Positions 27,929-37,413 of a DNA stretch of 41,157 nucleotides are shown in pieces. A program made the translations under genes and the position numbers. The notes beneath the pieces are model-generated. The model made no database searches and was not told the DNA's origin. It saw only the letters and a program-made list of their open reading frames with translations. The first letter of the stretch is position 1; each line of letters opens with the position of its first letter. Origin of the DNA: Candidatus Hadarchaeota archaeon (lineage in GTDB: Archaea > Hadarchaeota > Hadarchaeia > Hadarchaeales > Hadarchaeaceae); the NCBI GenBank assembly GCA_040757795.1, contig JBFLWG010000003.1:1-41157 (forward strand). The letters are read 5' to 3'.

Positions 27929-28840
27929 TCAAGAAGGTACAACCGCCGCTTTCAGCTCATCATCGAGTGCTCCGGGGTTCTTGGCTCCGATGACGGCCGC
28001 TAGAGCCAGCATTTGACCTTTGGCCTTGAGCAGCAGGACTGGCATCACGGGACCCACCATGAGCGAGGAGTTCAATGCCAAATTCATGGCAGAGGTCTTC
28101 GACTTCACCAGCAAAATGCTGATTGTCTCCCTCGCTGGGTAGCTTGAGTTCACGGCAAGATTGAAGGCAAACGCCCTCGATTCCAGGAGCTGAGATATGA
28201 CGGCTTTCTCGTCGACATCAAGAACGCTGCCGACAAAGATGGTTCCTCCTTCAAAAGCGGCTTTGAGCCTTATCCCAAGCTCCAACGGCATTATCCCGAA
28301 CTTCGCGATGGCGTCGGAGACTTCTTTTGTTATGACGTCACCGACCTTCAGTATGTGGAAGTTCTCTAGGATGACAACCTTGCCGGCCTGTATGCGGGCC
28401 TTTATGCCAAGTTTCTGCAGCTCTCCCACAGCTGGGCCTGGGGCCAGGTCTGTGTCCCCTGCTGGGATGACTATATCTTTCTGGGATTTTGACCCGGGCT
28501 TGGCGGGGGCGTTCACCCTGCTGTCCCGGAGGAACTTGTTCAGCTTGAAGGGGTTCATCTTCGAGAAAATTATCCCAGACTGCCCGCCGACGAGCCCCGC
28601 CAGCTCCTTAATCTTTCCGTCCTTTTCTGCCGCCCTGTCCAACCCGCGCGTCAAAAGCGTGTTTTTGGAAACCACGATGACCGCCTGGCCTCTTAGTTTC
28701 TGCCTGAGCTGCTGGAACTGCTTGGCCGGCAGCTCCGAGATGTCCACCAGCCCTATCACCGGGTACTCCTTGGCCAGCCTGCTCAGCTCGTCCACGACCT
28801 CCTGCTTCCAAGGCGCGACTTCCACTTTGCCGACCATCAT
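27929..28840 (-). CDS. rplP0: 50S ribosomal protein L10/P0, without acidic C-terminal tail
   Basis: VAPWK, FQQLR, KNTL, NPFKL, APAKPG, PGP..GELQ; after L1. Confidence 0.95.
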   Translation of the reverse strand: MMVGKVEVAPWKQEVVDELSRLAKEYPVIGLVDISELPAKQFQQLRQKLRGQAVIVVSKNTLLTRGLDRAAEKDGKIKELAGLVGGQSGIIFSKMNPFKLNKFLRDSRVNAPAKPGSKSQKDIVIPAGDTDLAPGPAVGELQKLGIKARIQAGKVVILENFHILKVGDVITKEVSDAIAKFGIMPLELGIRLKAAFEGGTIFVGSVLDVDEKAVISQLLESRAFAFNLAVNSSYPARETISILLVKSKTSAMNLALNSSLMVGPVMPVLLLKAKGQMLALAAVIGAKNPGALDDELKAAVVPS

Positions 28841-29490
28841 CCCACATTCACCTTCGCGGGTTTTCCCATCGTTGCCTTGATTGTGACAGACCTGATCTGC
28901 CCTCCTGAGTCTGAGACTTTCTTCTCGACAGCATCCAAGACCGCACGGGCGTTTTCAGCTATCTGGTCGTCAGTCATGCTTTCCTTGCCTATCCTGCCAT
29001 GGAAGGCCAGCTGCGCCTTGTTGGCCAACCTGATCGTCTTCCTGAACCGCTCCATGATGGGGGCGGGGTTGGCGTTCTGCGGCACTGGCTTGGGCATTTT
29101 GCCTCGCGGGCCAAGCACAGGGCCAAACACCTTGCCTATGAGAACCATCAGGTCGGACTGGGCCACAGTGAAGTCGTAATTTTTCATGATGCTCTTTATT
29201 TTTTTCTTGTTTCCCTGCAGGGACTCTATTTCCCCGCGCCCGATGATACCATCGGCCCCGGCGTCCCTCGCCACCCTAGCCATCTCCCCGTCCGCGAATA
29301 CGAGAATTCTCTTCGGCTCCCCGGCGCCGTGCGGCAGGACAACATCCTCTGTGACCTTGCCTTCTGGTTTTTTCACATCTATTCCCTTTATCGTTATCGT
29401 GATGTCGACTCCCTGCGCGAATTTCCTCTTTCCGCTACCTTCCCGCATCTCCTTGACGGCCTTGGCCAGGTCCTCGTTTGAAAACGGCAT
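28837..29490 (-). CDS. rpl1: 50S ribosomal protein L1
   Basis: KRKFxQ, LPHG, GPVLGPRGKMP, IGKESM, KATMG. Confidence 0.96.
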   Translation of the reverse strand: MPFSNEDLAKAVKEMREGSGKRKFAQGVDITITIKGIDVKKPEGKVTEDVVLPHGAGEPKRILVFADGEMARVARDAGADGIIGRGEIESLQGNKKKIKSIMKNYDFTVAQSDLMVLIGKVFGPVLGPRGKMPKPVPQNANPAPIMERFRKTIRLANKAQLAFHGRIGKESMTDDQIAENARAVLDAVEKKVSDSGGQIRSVTIKATMGKPAKVNVG

Positions 29491-29979
29491 CTACTTCAGC
29501 TCCTCATCCCTTTTTCCTTCGTCAAGCTCTTTCTGCACTTCCTCGGCGCCCTTCCCGTCCACAGTCACGCCCATGCTGACGCATGTCCCCAGAACCTCCT
29601 TGACGGCCGCCTTGAGCGACCTCGCGAGGCTGCCTGCAGTCTTCAGCTTGGCGATCTCCACTGCCTTCGCGAACGGGAGGTCCCCGACAACCTCCGAGCC
29701 CGAGGTCTTGGCACCCTTCTCCAAACCTGCCTCCTTTTTGATGAGCGCTGAGACCGGCGGCGAGCCGACCTCCACCTCAAACTGGCGCGTTTTCGGGTCA
29801 ACCACCACAGTCACCGGTATCTTCATTCCGGCCATCTTGCTCGTCTTCTCGTTGATTTTCGCCACTACCTGCGCGACATTGGCCCCAAGCGGTCCTAGGG
29901 CCGGGCCCAATGGCGGCCCTGCGGAGGCCTTTCCTCCCTCCACCAGCACTTTGACTTTAGGTTTCGTCCAAATCACCAC
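29491..29979 (-). CDS. rpl11: 50S ribosomal protein L11 (start uncertain)
   Basis: VEGGKASAGPPLGPALGPLG, PPVSALIKKE, KEVLGTCVSMGVTVDG. Confidence 0.95.
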   Translation of the reverse strand: MVIWTKPKVKVLVEGGKASAGPPLGPALGPLGANVAQVVAKINEKTSKMAGMKIPVTVVVDPKTRQFEVEVGSPPVSALIKKEAGLEKGAKTSGSEVVGDLPFAKAVEIAKLKTAGSLARSLKAAVKEVLGTCVSMGVTVDGKGAEEVQKELDEGKRDEELK

Positions 29980-30082
29980 GTTGAATGATGTTCCCACAAA
30001 AGTAAACTGTATGTGTTAAAAAAGCCTCGGTCGCCCCCCACAACTGGATATTGTTAAAGCTTCGGGCGGACATCTATAACAG

Positions 30083-30562
30083 ATGCAGGGAAGAAGGCAC
30101 CATCTGAGAAAGGACGAGGCGAAGGAGCTCTCCGAAGCCGTCGGAGGGAAGCTTCCAACACTTTTGAAAACTCTGCAAAATGGCGTGGAGATAGTAAGGC
30201 TGGACGATGAGACTGAGGTGATATTCGCTGGGGGGGAGGAAATCCTGGCGAAGGTGAAAGGGGAATTCGTGCCGACGCTGACGGCGCTGGAAGCGGCCCG
30301 GCTCAAGCGGGTCGTTGTGGACATGGGGGCGGTGCCGCACCTGGCGAACGGCGCGGACGTGATGGCGCCCGGGATAGTCTTTGCGGACGACGGCATAAAA
30401 TCCGGGGAAATCGTGGAGGTTTCCGACGAGCGCCACGGCAAGCCAATCGCCGTGGGGGTGGCGCTGGTGGACGGGCTGTTAATGAAAGGCGGCAAAGGGC
30501 GAGCCGTGAAGAACATCCACCATATTGGTGACAAGATATGGAAAACCCTCCGCAAAGGTTGA
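30083..30562 (+). CDS. PUA-domain RNA-binding protein (DUF1947/MCT-1-like)
   Basis: VDMGAVxxLANGADVMAPGI, KGRAVKNIHHIGD. Confidence 0.9.
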   Translation: MQGRRHHLRKDEAKELSEAVGGKLPTLLKTLQNGVEIVRLDDETEVIFAGGEEILAKVKGEFVPTLTALEAARLKRVVVDMGAVPHLANGADVMAPGIVFADDGIKSGEIVEVSDERHGKPIAVGVALVDGLLMKGGKGRAVKNIHHIGDKIWKTLRKG

Positions 30563-30617
30563 GCTTCCCGCTAAAGTTAAATAGCTTGAGCAACGAGCAA
30601 GCATTGACGGTGGTGTT

Positions 30618-30986
30618 TTGAGAACCATCAAAAAGCTGTTCACCAAGCCGGGACAATCCCCAGAGATAGCCGAGGAAGTGCCGATAATGGAGGTAGAGCC
30701 CTCCGGAGCCTCGTTCTGCCGGGATATCGAGCCGGTCTATGTGAAGAGCATAGAGCTCCAGGGGCCGACCAGCATCCAGGACGCGACGGAGGAACTCCAG
30801 CACGGCAACATTGTCATCATAGATCTGGGATTGCTCCTTAACCAGAACCCCGCCGACGCCAAACATGCCGTCGACCAACTCAAGGCGTTTTCATTGAAAA
30901 TCGGCGGCGATGTGGGCAGGCTGACTGATTCTAAGATAATCGCCACCCCGAAGCTCGTAAAGCTCCAGTTCAAGAAACAGACCTGA
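30618..30986 (+). CDS. sepF: Cell division protein SepF (DUF552)
   Basis: GNIVIIDL, GGDVGRL, IIATP; typical PUA-SepF-ZPR1 context. Confidence 0.88.
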   Translation: MRTIKKLFTKPGQSPEIAEEVPIMEVEPSGASFCRDIEPVYVKSIELQGPTSIQDATEELQHGNIVIIDLGLLLNQNPADAKHAVDQLKAFSLKIGGDVGRLTDSKIIATPKLVKLQFKKQT

Positions 30987-30999
30987 TTTTGGTGTACTG

Positions 31000-31548
31000 A
31001 TGAAGAAGGGGTTTGTGCTTCCCATCGAGCGCTGCCCAGCCTGTGGCGCCCAAGGGACATGCGAGTTCAGGGGGATGATCCACGAAATCCCGCACTTTGG
31101 GGAAACGATGGAGACTGTGGTGTCGTGCAGCAGGTGCAAGTTCAGACACACCGACGTCATGCACCTGGGGGAGAGGGAGCCTGTCGAGTATGGGTTCAAA
31201 ATAACATCGGAGGACGACATGATGGTCCGGGTGGTCAGGTCAAGCACCGGCACTGTGGATGTGCCCGAACTCGGGGTGAAGGTCAGGCCGGGGCCGGGAA
31301 GTGAGGGCTACATCTCGAACGTCGAAGGGGTACTCAACAGGATGGAGGACGCCATAAGGCTGTCGCTGAACGACGCCAAGGGGGAGGCCAGGGCCCGCGC
31401 CATGGCCAAGCTGGAGAAGCTTGAGAGGATAAAGAAAGGGGAAAGCCCAGCCATGCTGATAATCGCCGACCCCTACGGGCACAGCGCCATTGTCGACAGC
31501 CGGGCGAAAAAGCGCAAACTCACAAAAGAGGAAATATCCCGACTTTGA
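31000..31548 (+). CDS. ZPR1 zinc-finger protein
   Basis: CPAC...IPHFG...CSRC, RVVRSS, PGPxSEGYISNVEG, DPxGxS. Confidence 0.92.
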   Translation: MKKGFVLPIERCPACGAQGTCEFRGMIHEIPHFGETMETVVSCSRCKFRHTDVMHLGEREPVEYGFKITSEDDMMVRVVRSSTGTVDVPELGVKVRPGPGSEGYISNVEGVLNRMEDAIRLSLNDAKGEARARAMAKLEKLERIKKGESPAMLIIADPYGHSAIVDSRAKKRKLTKEEISRL

Positions 31549-31549
31549 G

Positions 31550-33460
31550 CTACCTCAGCCTTATCGTCTCCATGTTCATTGGTGCCCTCGTCTCTATCCT
31601 GAAAAGCTTGTATATAGTGCTGGCGAGGTCGTGGCACTTGCTTTCCTCCCCGTGGATGTTGATCACTCGTTCCGGCTTCGGCACGAGCCTCTTGATGTAG
31701 TTCAAGATCTGCACCCTGTCGGAGTGGCCGCTGAACCCCTCCACTGTCTTAATCTCCATGTTCACCTTGACCTCCTCCAGCCGGCCCTTTTCCCCCCTGA
31801 TTGCCACCTCATTCCAGCCCTTCTGAACCCTCCTGCCGAAGGAGCCCTCCGACTGGTAGCCGACGAAGACCAGGGTGTTGCTCGGGTCGGGTGCCAGCCT
31901 CTTGAAGTACTCCATCACGGGCCCGCCAGTCATCATGCCCGCCGTCGAAATTACCACTCCCGGTCCACTCTCTATCACCTCTGCCCGCTTGTCGGGCCCT
32001 GTAACCTTCACGAAAGTGTCGGAAAGGAACGGGTTGGTGTCTTTCTTGAATATCGAGTCCCGCAGCTCCTGGGAAAGGAACTCCGGGTATGCTGTGTGGA
32101 CGGCCGTGGCCTCCCATATCATGCCGTCCAGGTAAACCGGGATGTCGTCAAGCAGCCCATCCCTTCTGTAGCTCTCCAGAAGTACCATCATCTCCTGAGC
32201 CCTTCCGACCGCGAATGCCGGGACCACAACCTTCCCTCCCCTCTTCACTGTTTCCCTGACTATCTCCACGAACTCCTCCTCAGCGTTGGCCCTTCGGGGC
32301 TGCACATCCTGGGCACCTCCGTAAGTGCTGTCTATTATCAGCGTCTCGGACCTCGGGAAGGTGTAGACGGCAGGTGAAAAGAGGCGGCTCCTGTCAAACT
32401 TTATGTCCCCTGTGTAGACCACATTGTACAGGCCCTCGCCCACATGGAAATGGGCGATTGACGACCCAAGTATGTGGCCGGCGTTGTGCAGGGTGACCCT
32501 GAGGTCGGGGGCGATGTCGGTGACGTCCCCGTAGTCGAGCGGGATGGTGTGGGCCAAGAACCTGCCTATGTCCCTCTTGTCGTAGGGCATCAGCTTGTCC
32601 TCCCTCTCGGCTATCTCGACATAGTCCACCTGGAGCAGCACCGCCAGGTCCCTCGTGGGGGCCGTACAGTAGACCGGCCCCTCGTAGCCCATCTTGTAGA
32701 GATACGGGATGAAGCCGCAATGATCAAGATGCGCGTGGGTCAGGACCACGGCGTCAAGCTTGTCAAGCCTGACCTCCGGCAGCTCGAGGTGTGGGAAGGC
32801 CCTGTCCTCCGACGCCACATTGACGCCGCAGTCGACCATCACAGTGCTTTCCGGCGTCTGGAGCAGGAAGCAGGAGCGGCCGACCTCCCTGGACCCGCCG
32901 AGCGTCGTCAGCCTCACCCAGTCGCCCTTCGCGGTCTTCTCCCGGTGGATTCTCTTGCCGACCTTCTTCAAGACGCTGCGGCGGTCGGCTCCGGCGTGAA
33001 TCATGGAAAGCCTTATGTTCCTGACAAGGTCCGACTTTATCGGGGGGGCTCTGACGACCTTTGGGGTCCACTTTATTTTGTACATGAGCTCTCGTAGGAG
33101 GGCGCCCTCCTTCCCTATCACCACTCCGGGCTTCTCGGCCTCGATGGTGACCTCCCCGACGTCTTCGTTGAAGATGATGTCGGTTATTCCGGCCTCGGGA
33201 GAAACCATTGCCCTGATCTGCTCCTCCGCCTTCTTCTTGTCCGTGAGTATGGACTCGTCCGGGCGCAGGATTATGCGTTTCCGGATTTTTTTCGCCAGCT
33301 CTTTTATCACGTCCCCGTCCTCGGCCAGCAGATCGAGCTTGCTGCAGTATAGAACTACCCTCGGCCCCTCGAAATCCACATCTGAAACCGAGTCGCCGAA
33401 GGTGGTCTCTTCCTTCACCACCTTCTTTATTTCCTTAAGCAGCTCCTCTGCGCCTCCCAT
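31550..33460 (-). CDS. fttA: beta-CASP ribonuclease aCPSF1 / termination factor FttA
   Basis: KH domains, EVGRSC, THAHLDH, AGHILGS, GDIK, GFSGHSD, HGE, C-terminal ETIRL. Confidence 0.96.
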   Translation of the reverse strand: MGGAEELLKEIKKVVKEETTFGDSVSDVDFEGPRVVLYCSKLDLLAEDGDVIKELAKKIRKRIILRPDESILTDKKKAEEQIRAMVSPEAGITDIIFNEDVGEVTIEAEKPGVVIGKEGALLRELMYKIKWTPKVVRAPPIKSDLVRNIRLSMIHAGADRRSVLKKVGKRIHREKTAKGDWVRLTTLGGSREVGRSCFLLQTPESTVMVDCGVNVASEDRAFPHLELPEVRLDKLDAVVLTHAHLDHCGFIPYLYKMGYEGPVYCTAPTRDLAVLLQVDYVEIAEREDKLMPYDKRDIGRFLAHTIPLDYGDVTDIAPDLRVTLHNAGHILGSSIAHFHVGEGLYNVVYTGDIKFDRSRLFSPAVYTFPRSETLIIDSTYGGAQDVQPRRANAEEEFVEIVRETVKRGGKVVVPAFAVGRAQEMMVLLESYRRDGLLDDIPVYLDGMIWEATAVHTAYPEFLSQELRDSIFKKDTNPFLSDTFVKVTGPDKRAEVIESGPGVVISTAGMMTGGPVMEYFKRLAPDPSNTLVFVGYQSEGSFGRRVQKGWNEVAIRGEKGRLEEVKVNMEIKTVEGFSGHSDRVQILNYIKRLVPKPERVINIHGEESKCHDLASTIYKLFRIETRAPMNMETIRLR

Positions 33461-33482
33461 CTCAACACCTTTTGGAATTTTT

Positions 33483-34106
33483 TTAGACTAGACTCCTGAT
33501 TTCGTCCGGAGAAAGCTCGCGGTAGCCCCTCTTGGTTATCTCGGCGACCATGATCTCGTTCCCGGTCGCGATGTCCCTCTTCATGGCCGTCTTGATGGCC
33601 TTCGCAGCCACTGGGAGCGCCTCCCTCGTGGACATTCCAGGCCTGAACTCGTTCTCTAGGACCCCGTAAGCTACAGGTGACCCAGAACCAGTCGCGGTCA
33701 TCTCTTCCTTCGTCAGGCCCCCGTCAATGTCGACGAAGTACAGGTCGGGGCCGTTGCCATCCACCCCACCGACGAGGAGGTTGGCGATGAATGAGCCAAA
33801 GGAGTAGTTCATGACGTTTGCTACAAGCCTTGCGCAGGCCCTGACGTCCATCGGGGCGCCCTCATGCATCAGATAATAGCCGGCCTCCACCCTGAGTATG
33901 TCGACCAGGCGCTGGGTGTCTGCCACCCCTCCTGCCGTGGTGAAGGCTATCCTGTCCGTGATGCTGTAAATCTTCCTGGCCTCCTTGCTGGCCACCGTGT
34001 AGCCCGCGGTCGCCCTGCTGTCGGTGGCAAACACCACCCCGTCGCCACAGACCAGACCGACAGTCGTCGTTCCCTTTAGCTTCTCTGGTTTTGGATTCAA
34101 TTCCAT
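33483..34106 (-). CDS. psmB: Proteasome beta subunit
   Basis: Short propeptide KG|TTTVG, DSRAT, TGSGSPVAYG, RD; start ATG 34106. Confidence 0.95.
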   Translation of the reverse strand: MELNPKPEKLKGTTTVGLVCGDGVVFATDSRATAGYTVASKEARKIYSITDRIAFTTAGGVADTQRLVDILRVEAGYYLMHEGAPMDVRACARLVANVMNYSFGSFIANLLVGGVDGNGPDLYFVDIDGGLTKEEMTATGSGSPVAYGVLENEFRPGMSTREALPVAAKAIKTAMKRDIATGNEIMVAEITKRGYRELSPDEIRSLV

Positions 34107-34198
34107 ACCTCTTGTAAAAATGCTGCGAAGAAAGCAGCAATAAGAGCTGTTGACCATCGTATTTAAAGTTTTACCCGCAGAGGAGGGCAGGGGGGAAA

Positions 34199-35248
34199 TT
34201 GAAGGAACCAAGGAAGATCGAGCTGCCCCGGGAGGTCTGGATAGGTCCCGGGGTGATGTCCAAGGTGGCGGACGTTTGCGGGAGGCTGTGCGCCGGGGGG
34301 GAAGCCGCGATAGTGGCAGACCCGACCACTTTTACCATGGCCGGGAAGAAGATAGAAAACCAGCTGAGAAAGGCGGGGTTCAGGGTCGGGCACATGCTGA
34401 TAAACGAGGCCAATGTCGCTGCCGTTAGGAATGTCAGGAAGTTCTTTGGATGGGGGCCAAGTTTTTATCTCGGCGTCGGCGGCGGCCGCGCCATAGATGT
34501 GGCCAAGCTGGCGTCGTTCCAGGAGGGGAAGCCCTTCGTTTCAATACCGACCGCGGCCTCCCACGATGGGATTGCTTCTTCAAGGGCGTCAATCGGGGGC
34601 GGGCGTGGTCCGGCTTCTGTGGAGACCCAGGCGCCCATCGCGATAATTGCCGACACAGATGTTATCAGGCGGGCCCCTCACAGGCTGCTGGCGGCCGGCT
34701 GTGGGGACCTGGTCTCCAACCTTACGGCGGTGAGAGACTGGCAGCTGGCCCAGCGGGTGAAGGGGGAGCCATACAGCGAGTTTGCAGGCACCCTCTCTCT
34801 GGTGAGCGCCCAGATTGTCATGGAGAACACCGGGATTATCGCCAAACACACTGAGGAAGGTGTGAGGAAGGTGGTCAAGGCCCTCATCTCCAGCAGCGTG
34901 GCGATGGCGATAGCAGGCACCAGCAGGCCGGCCAGCGGGGCGGAGCACCTGTTCAGCCACGCCCTGAACCTCGTAGCTCCCAAGCCAGCGCTTCACGGGG
35001 AGCAATGCGGGGTCGGGACCATAATGATGGCGTACCTTCACGGGGAGGACTGGCAGGCCATCAGAGGGGCCTTGAAGGCCATCCGGGCGCCGACGAACGC
35101 CAAGGGGCTCGGCATCCCGGTGAAGTACATTGTCAAGGCTCTGACCATCGCGCACAGGATAAGGCCAGACCGCTACACGGTGCTGAAGTCGGGGCTGAAG
35201 CCGAAGGCGGCGGAGAAGCTGGCAAAAATCACTGGAGTCATTCCTTGA
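34199..35248 (+). CDS. egsA: sn-glycerol-1-phosphate dehydrogenase
   Basis: GGGRAIDVAK, PTAASHDG, SRPASGAEHLFSHAL, HGEQCG. Confidence 0.96.
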   Translation: MKEPRKIELPREVWIGPGVMSKVADVCGRLCAGGEAAIVADPTTFTMAGKKIENQLRKAGFRVGHMLINEANVAAVRNVRKFFGWGPSFYLGVGGGRAIDVAKLASFQEGKPFVSIPTAASHDGIASSRASIGGGRGPASVETQAPIAIIADTDVIRRAPHRLLAAGCGDLVSNLTAVRDWQLAQRVKGEPYSEFAGTLSLVSAQIVMENTGIIAKHTEEGVRKVVKALISSSVAMAIAGTSRPASGAEHLFSHALNLVAPKPALHGEQCGVGTIMMAYLHGEDWQAIRGALKAIRAPTNAKGLGIPVKYIVKALTIAHRIRPDRYTVLKSGLKPKAAEKLAKITGVIP

Positions 35249-35270
35249 TTACTTCGTCCGTTCAGCATTT

Positions 35271-35822
35271 TTACCCCAATGATTGACTTTCCATCTCTTT
35301 GAAGACATCTTCTACTTCCTTCGCTCGAGCGCGTTTTCTCGCATAATCTTTGTCAATCCTGTCTTTCTGAGCTTTAAACACCAATAGCGCCCGATCAAAG
35401 TCCAAGCGCTCTCCCCAAAACTTGTACCCGGCGAGATCATTTACCAAAACATCCTCCGGGCTTGCAACCCTTATTTTGTACCCATCCACCTCAAAAATTT
35501 CAGTCTTTTCTGGAGCATGGCCACTCACGATGTCTATAGCGTAGTCTGCTTCTTCATGCCACCAGACGCGGTTGCGCTTGAAGCCTAGCAACTCCAGCCC
35601 TTCCTTCACTTTTTGCAAGTCGCCGGCACAAACCACGTCGGCGTCCAATGTTCTGTAAGCGCCGAGTGAGTAAACGGAGGTGGCGAGTCCACCGACGATA
35701 ATAAAATCACCGCCCAGCCTTTCTGAAAGAAATGCTGTTATTAGGATGTACGACTCTGGGTGCCCAAGTTCTTTAGCCCGCCTCAATACATTCAAAAACT
35801 CGTCTTTAACTTCTGGTTCCAA
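35271..35822 (-). CDS. Nucleotidyltransferase-fold protein (DUF6036/AbiEii-like)
   Basis: IIVGGLA...RTLDADVV, ASPED. Confidence 0.72.
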   Translation of the reverse strand: MEPEVKDEFLNVLRRAKELGHPESYILITAFLSERLGGDFIIVGGLATSVYSLGAYRTLDADVVCAGDLQKVKEGLELLGFKRNRVWWHEEADYAIDIVSGHAPEKTEIFEVDGYKIRVASPEDVLVNDLAGYKFWGERLDFDRALLVFKAQKDRIDKDYARKRARAKEVEDVFKEMESQSLG

Positions 35823-36090
35823 GGTTTAGCCTCCAGCCTCCTTTTATTTTCTCAAGCTTGCCGGACTCCACCGCCTTGTCCCACCTTCGACGCGCAAGTT
35901 CTCCAAGAATTAAAATCTCATCTGTCCTGCGCTGAATGTCATCTGGACGCGGAAGCTTGCCAGCCAAGGTAACCAATCGCGCAACAGCCTCGCTGAGACT
36001 GACCTGTTTGCCTGACTCCGCCATCATCTGGCCCTTAAACTTGAGCAGCCGGGCGTATATTGTGTCGTCAACTTTTATCGTTTTTACCAC
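35806..36090 (-). CDS. Putative antitoxin with RHH-like N-terminus
   Basis: KTIKVDDTIYARL...SLSEAV; GTG 36090 preferred as start; overlaps the downstream NTase. Confidence 0.65.
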   Translation of the reverse strand: MVKTIKVDDTIYARLLKFKGQMMAESGKQVSLSEAVARLVTLAGKLPRPDDIQRRTDEILILGELARRRWDKAVESGKLEKIKGGWRLNLGTRS

Positions 36091-36188
36091 TTTTTCTACC
36101 AAGTATACTTTTTCCACCATCATAAAAGGTTTTTCAACGCGCCCGGAACATTTATATTTGTTGACTTTAAGGAAACTAATTAGAGAAG

Positions 36189-36581
36189 ATGGATGAAATC
36201 ATTATCATGAAAAAGATGCGCGAGAAAGTCCTCGGAGTAAGGGAAATAATCTCTGTTACAGGATGGAAACCATCAAGGGTGATTGAACTGCTGAGAAAGC
36301 TAGAGCGAGAAGGGTTAGTGGAGTTCAAGCGGGATGCACCGAGCGGCCGCGGCAGGCCAAAAAAAACAACCCACCTTACAGCGCTGGGGCAGAGGTACCT
36401 CACCAAATTCGGAGAAAGCGAGCGGCTGCGCCTGAGGACGGCTCCATCCGATGTCAAACGGGCTGTCATGCAGGCCAGGGATGTGGAGAGGCTCGTCAAA
36501 TCTGGGCGCTCTACTTATCAGATGCTTTGGGAGTTGGATGAAATTGTCCGCACTGTTAGAGACTCTGCGAAAGCTGCTTGA
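36189..36581 (+). CDS. Winged-helix protein, putative antitoxin/regulator
   Basis: LRKLEREGLV, GRGRPK, LTALG; TTTATAT box at 36151. Confidence 0.72.
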   Translation: MDEIIIMKKMREKVLGVREIISVTGWKPSRVIELLRKLEREGLVEFKRDAPSGRGRPKKTTHLTALGQRYLTKFGESERLRLRTAPSDVKRAVMQARDVERLVKSGRSTYQMLWELDEIVRTVRDSAKAA

Positions 36582-37095
36582 CGTGCTGGAAAAAAGGGGC
36601 GTCGACTACATGCTCTTGGGCGGCTTGGCGCTTCCTGCTTACGGCAGGCCCCGAGCCACGTATGACATAGACATTGCAATTTCCATCGGCGATCCCAAAA
36701 TTTTCAAACAAGTAGAGGAAGACCTGATAGCGCGGCAGTTCCAGTTGCCCAGCGGCCTTGAACCGGGCGTGCCATGTGTCTACATTGGGGACTTGGAAAA
36801 CCAGACGAACGCGGAGTTCTGGTTCAAACCTGATGGCGTGGCATTCTCTGAAGCCGTGAAGAGGCGCTGGCGGGTCGACATCGGCGGCGGGCGGAAAGCT
36901 TGGATCATCGGGCCGGAAGACTTCATCGTCAACAAGCTCGCCAGAACAGACAGGAGCGAATTGGACGAGCATGATGTAATCAGCGTTATCGAGCGGCAGA
37001 AGAAGCTTGACGAGAACTACCTCCAGAAAAGGGCCAATGCTGCTGGCGTGCTTGAGGTGCTTGAGGCCCTGCGGGAAAGGATGAAACGCGTTTAA
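36538..37095 (+). CDS. Nucleotidyltransferase-fold protein (DUF6036/AbiEii-like)
   Basis: YMLLGGLA...PRATYDIDI, GPEDFIVNKL..DR..D..D; start ATG 36538. Confidence 0.78.
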   Translation: MKLSALLETLRKLLDVLEKRGVDYMLLGGLALPAYGRPRATYDIDIAISIGDPKIFKQVEEDLIARQFQLPSGLEPGVPCVYIGDLENQTNAEFWFKPDGVAFSEAVKRRWRVDIGGGRKAWIIGPEDFIVNKLARTDRSELDEHDVISVIERQKKLDENYLQKRANAAGVLEVLEALRERMKRV

Positions 37096-37167
37096 CTGAC
37101 ACGTTCACACACAAAACTTCCGCAACACTTATATGGACTATAGTTGCTATAATTAATTGTGATGCAT

Positions 37168-37413
37168 GTGGCCACAACTACAGTTCAACTCAAAACTGAA
37201 ACAAGAGACCTGCTCAGAGCCCTTGCCATGAAAGGCGAAACTTACGATGATGTGATTGTCGAACTCGCCGCGGCTTATGACGAATTCATCGACGACCTTA
37301 TAGAACGGCACGGCCGCGAGAAGGGCCAAGCTGTCCCGATGGAGGAAGTGTTTGAGCGAATTGACCGTGAACTGGCTGCCGGAAGCAGTAAAAAAGCTAG
37401 AAAAACTCTCTAA
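37168..37413 (+). CDS. Putative antitoxin (RHH-like, TTxQL...ETYD family)
   Basis: ATTTVQLKTETRDLL...GETYDDVI; precedes a RelE-like gene. Confidence 0.75.
   Translation: MATTTVQLKTETRDLLRALAMKGETYDDVIVELAAAYDEFIDDLIERHGREKGQAVPMEEVFERIDRELAAGSSKKARKTL

Noticed and set aside
27900-27931. UGA read-through or frameshift restoring the P0 tail
   Set aside because: Read-through gives IWKNPNV then a stop; no Glu-rich coding sequence follows
29186-30019. 277-aa plus-strand ORF
   Set aside because: Antisense to rpl1 and rpl11
31490-32377. 295-aa plus-strand ORF
   Set aside because: Antisense to aCPSF1
34107-34211. Long proteasome beta propeptide overlapping egsA
   Set aside because: The region holds a TTTAAA box; ATG 34106 gives a typical short propeptide
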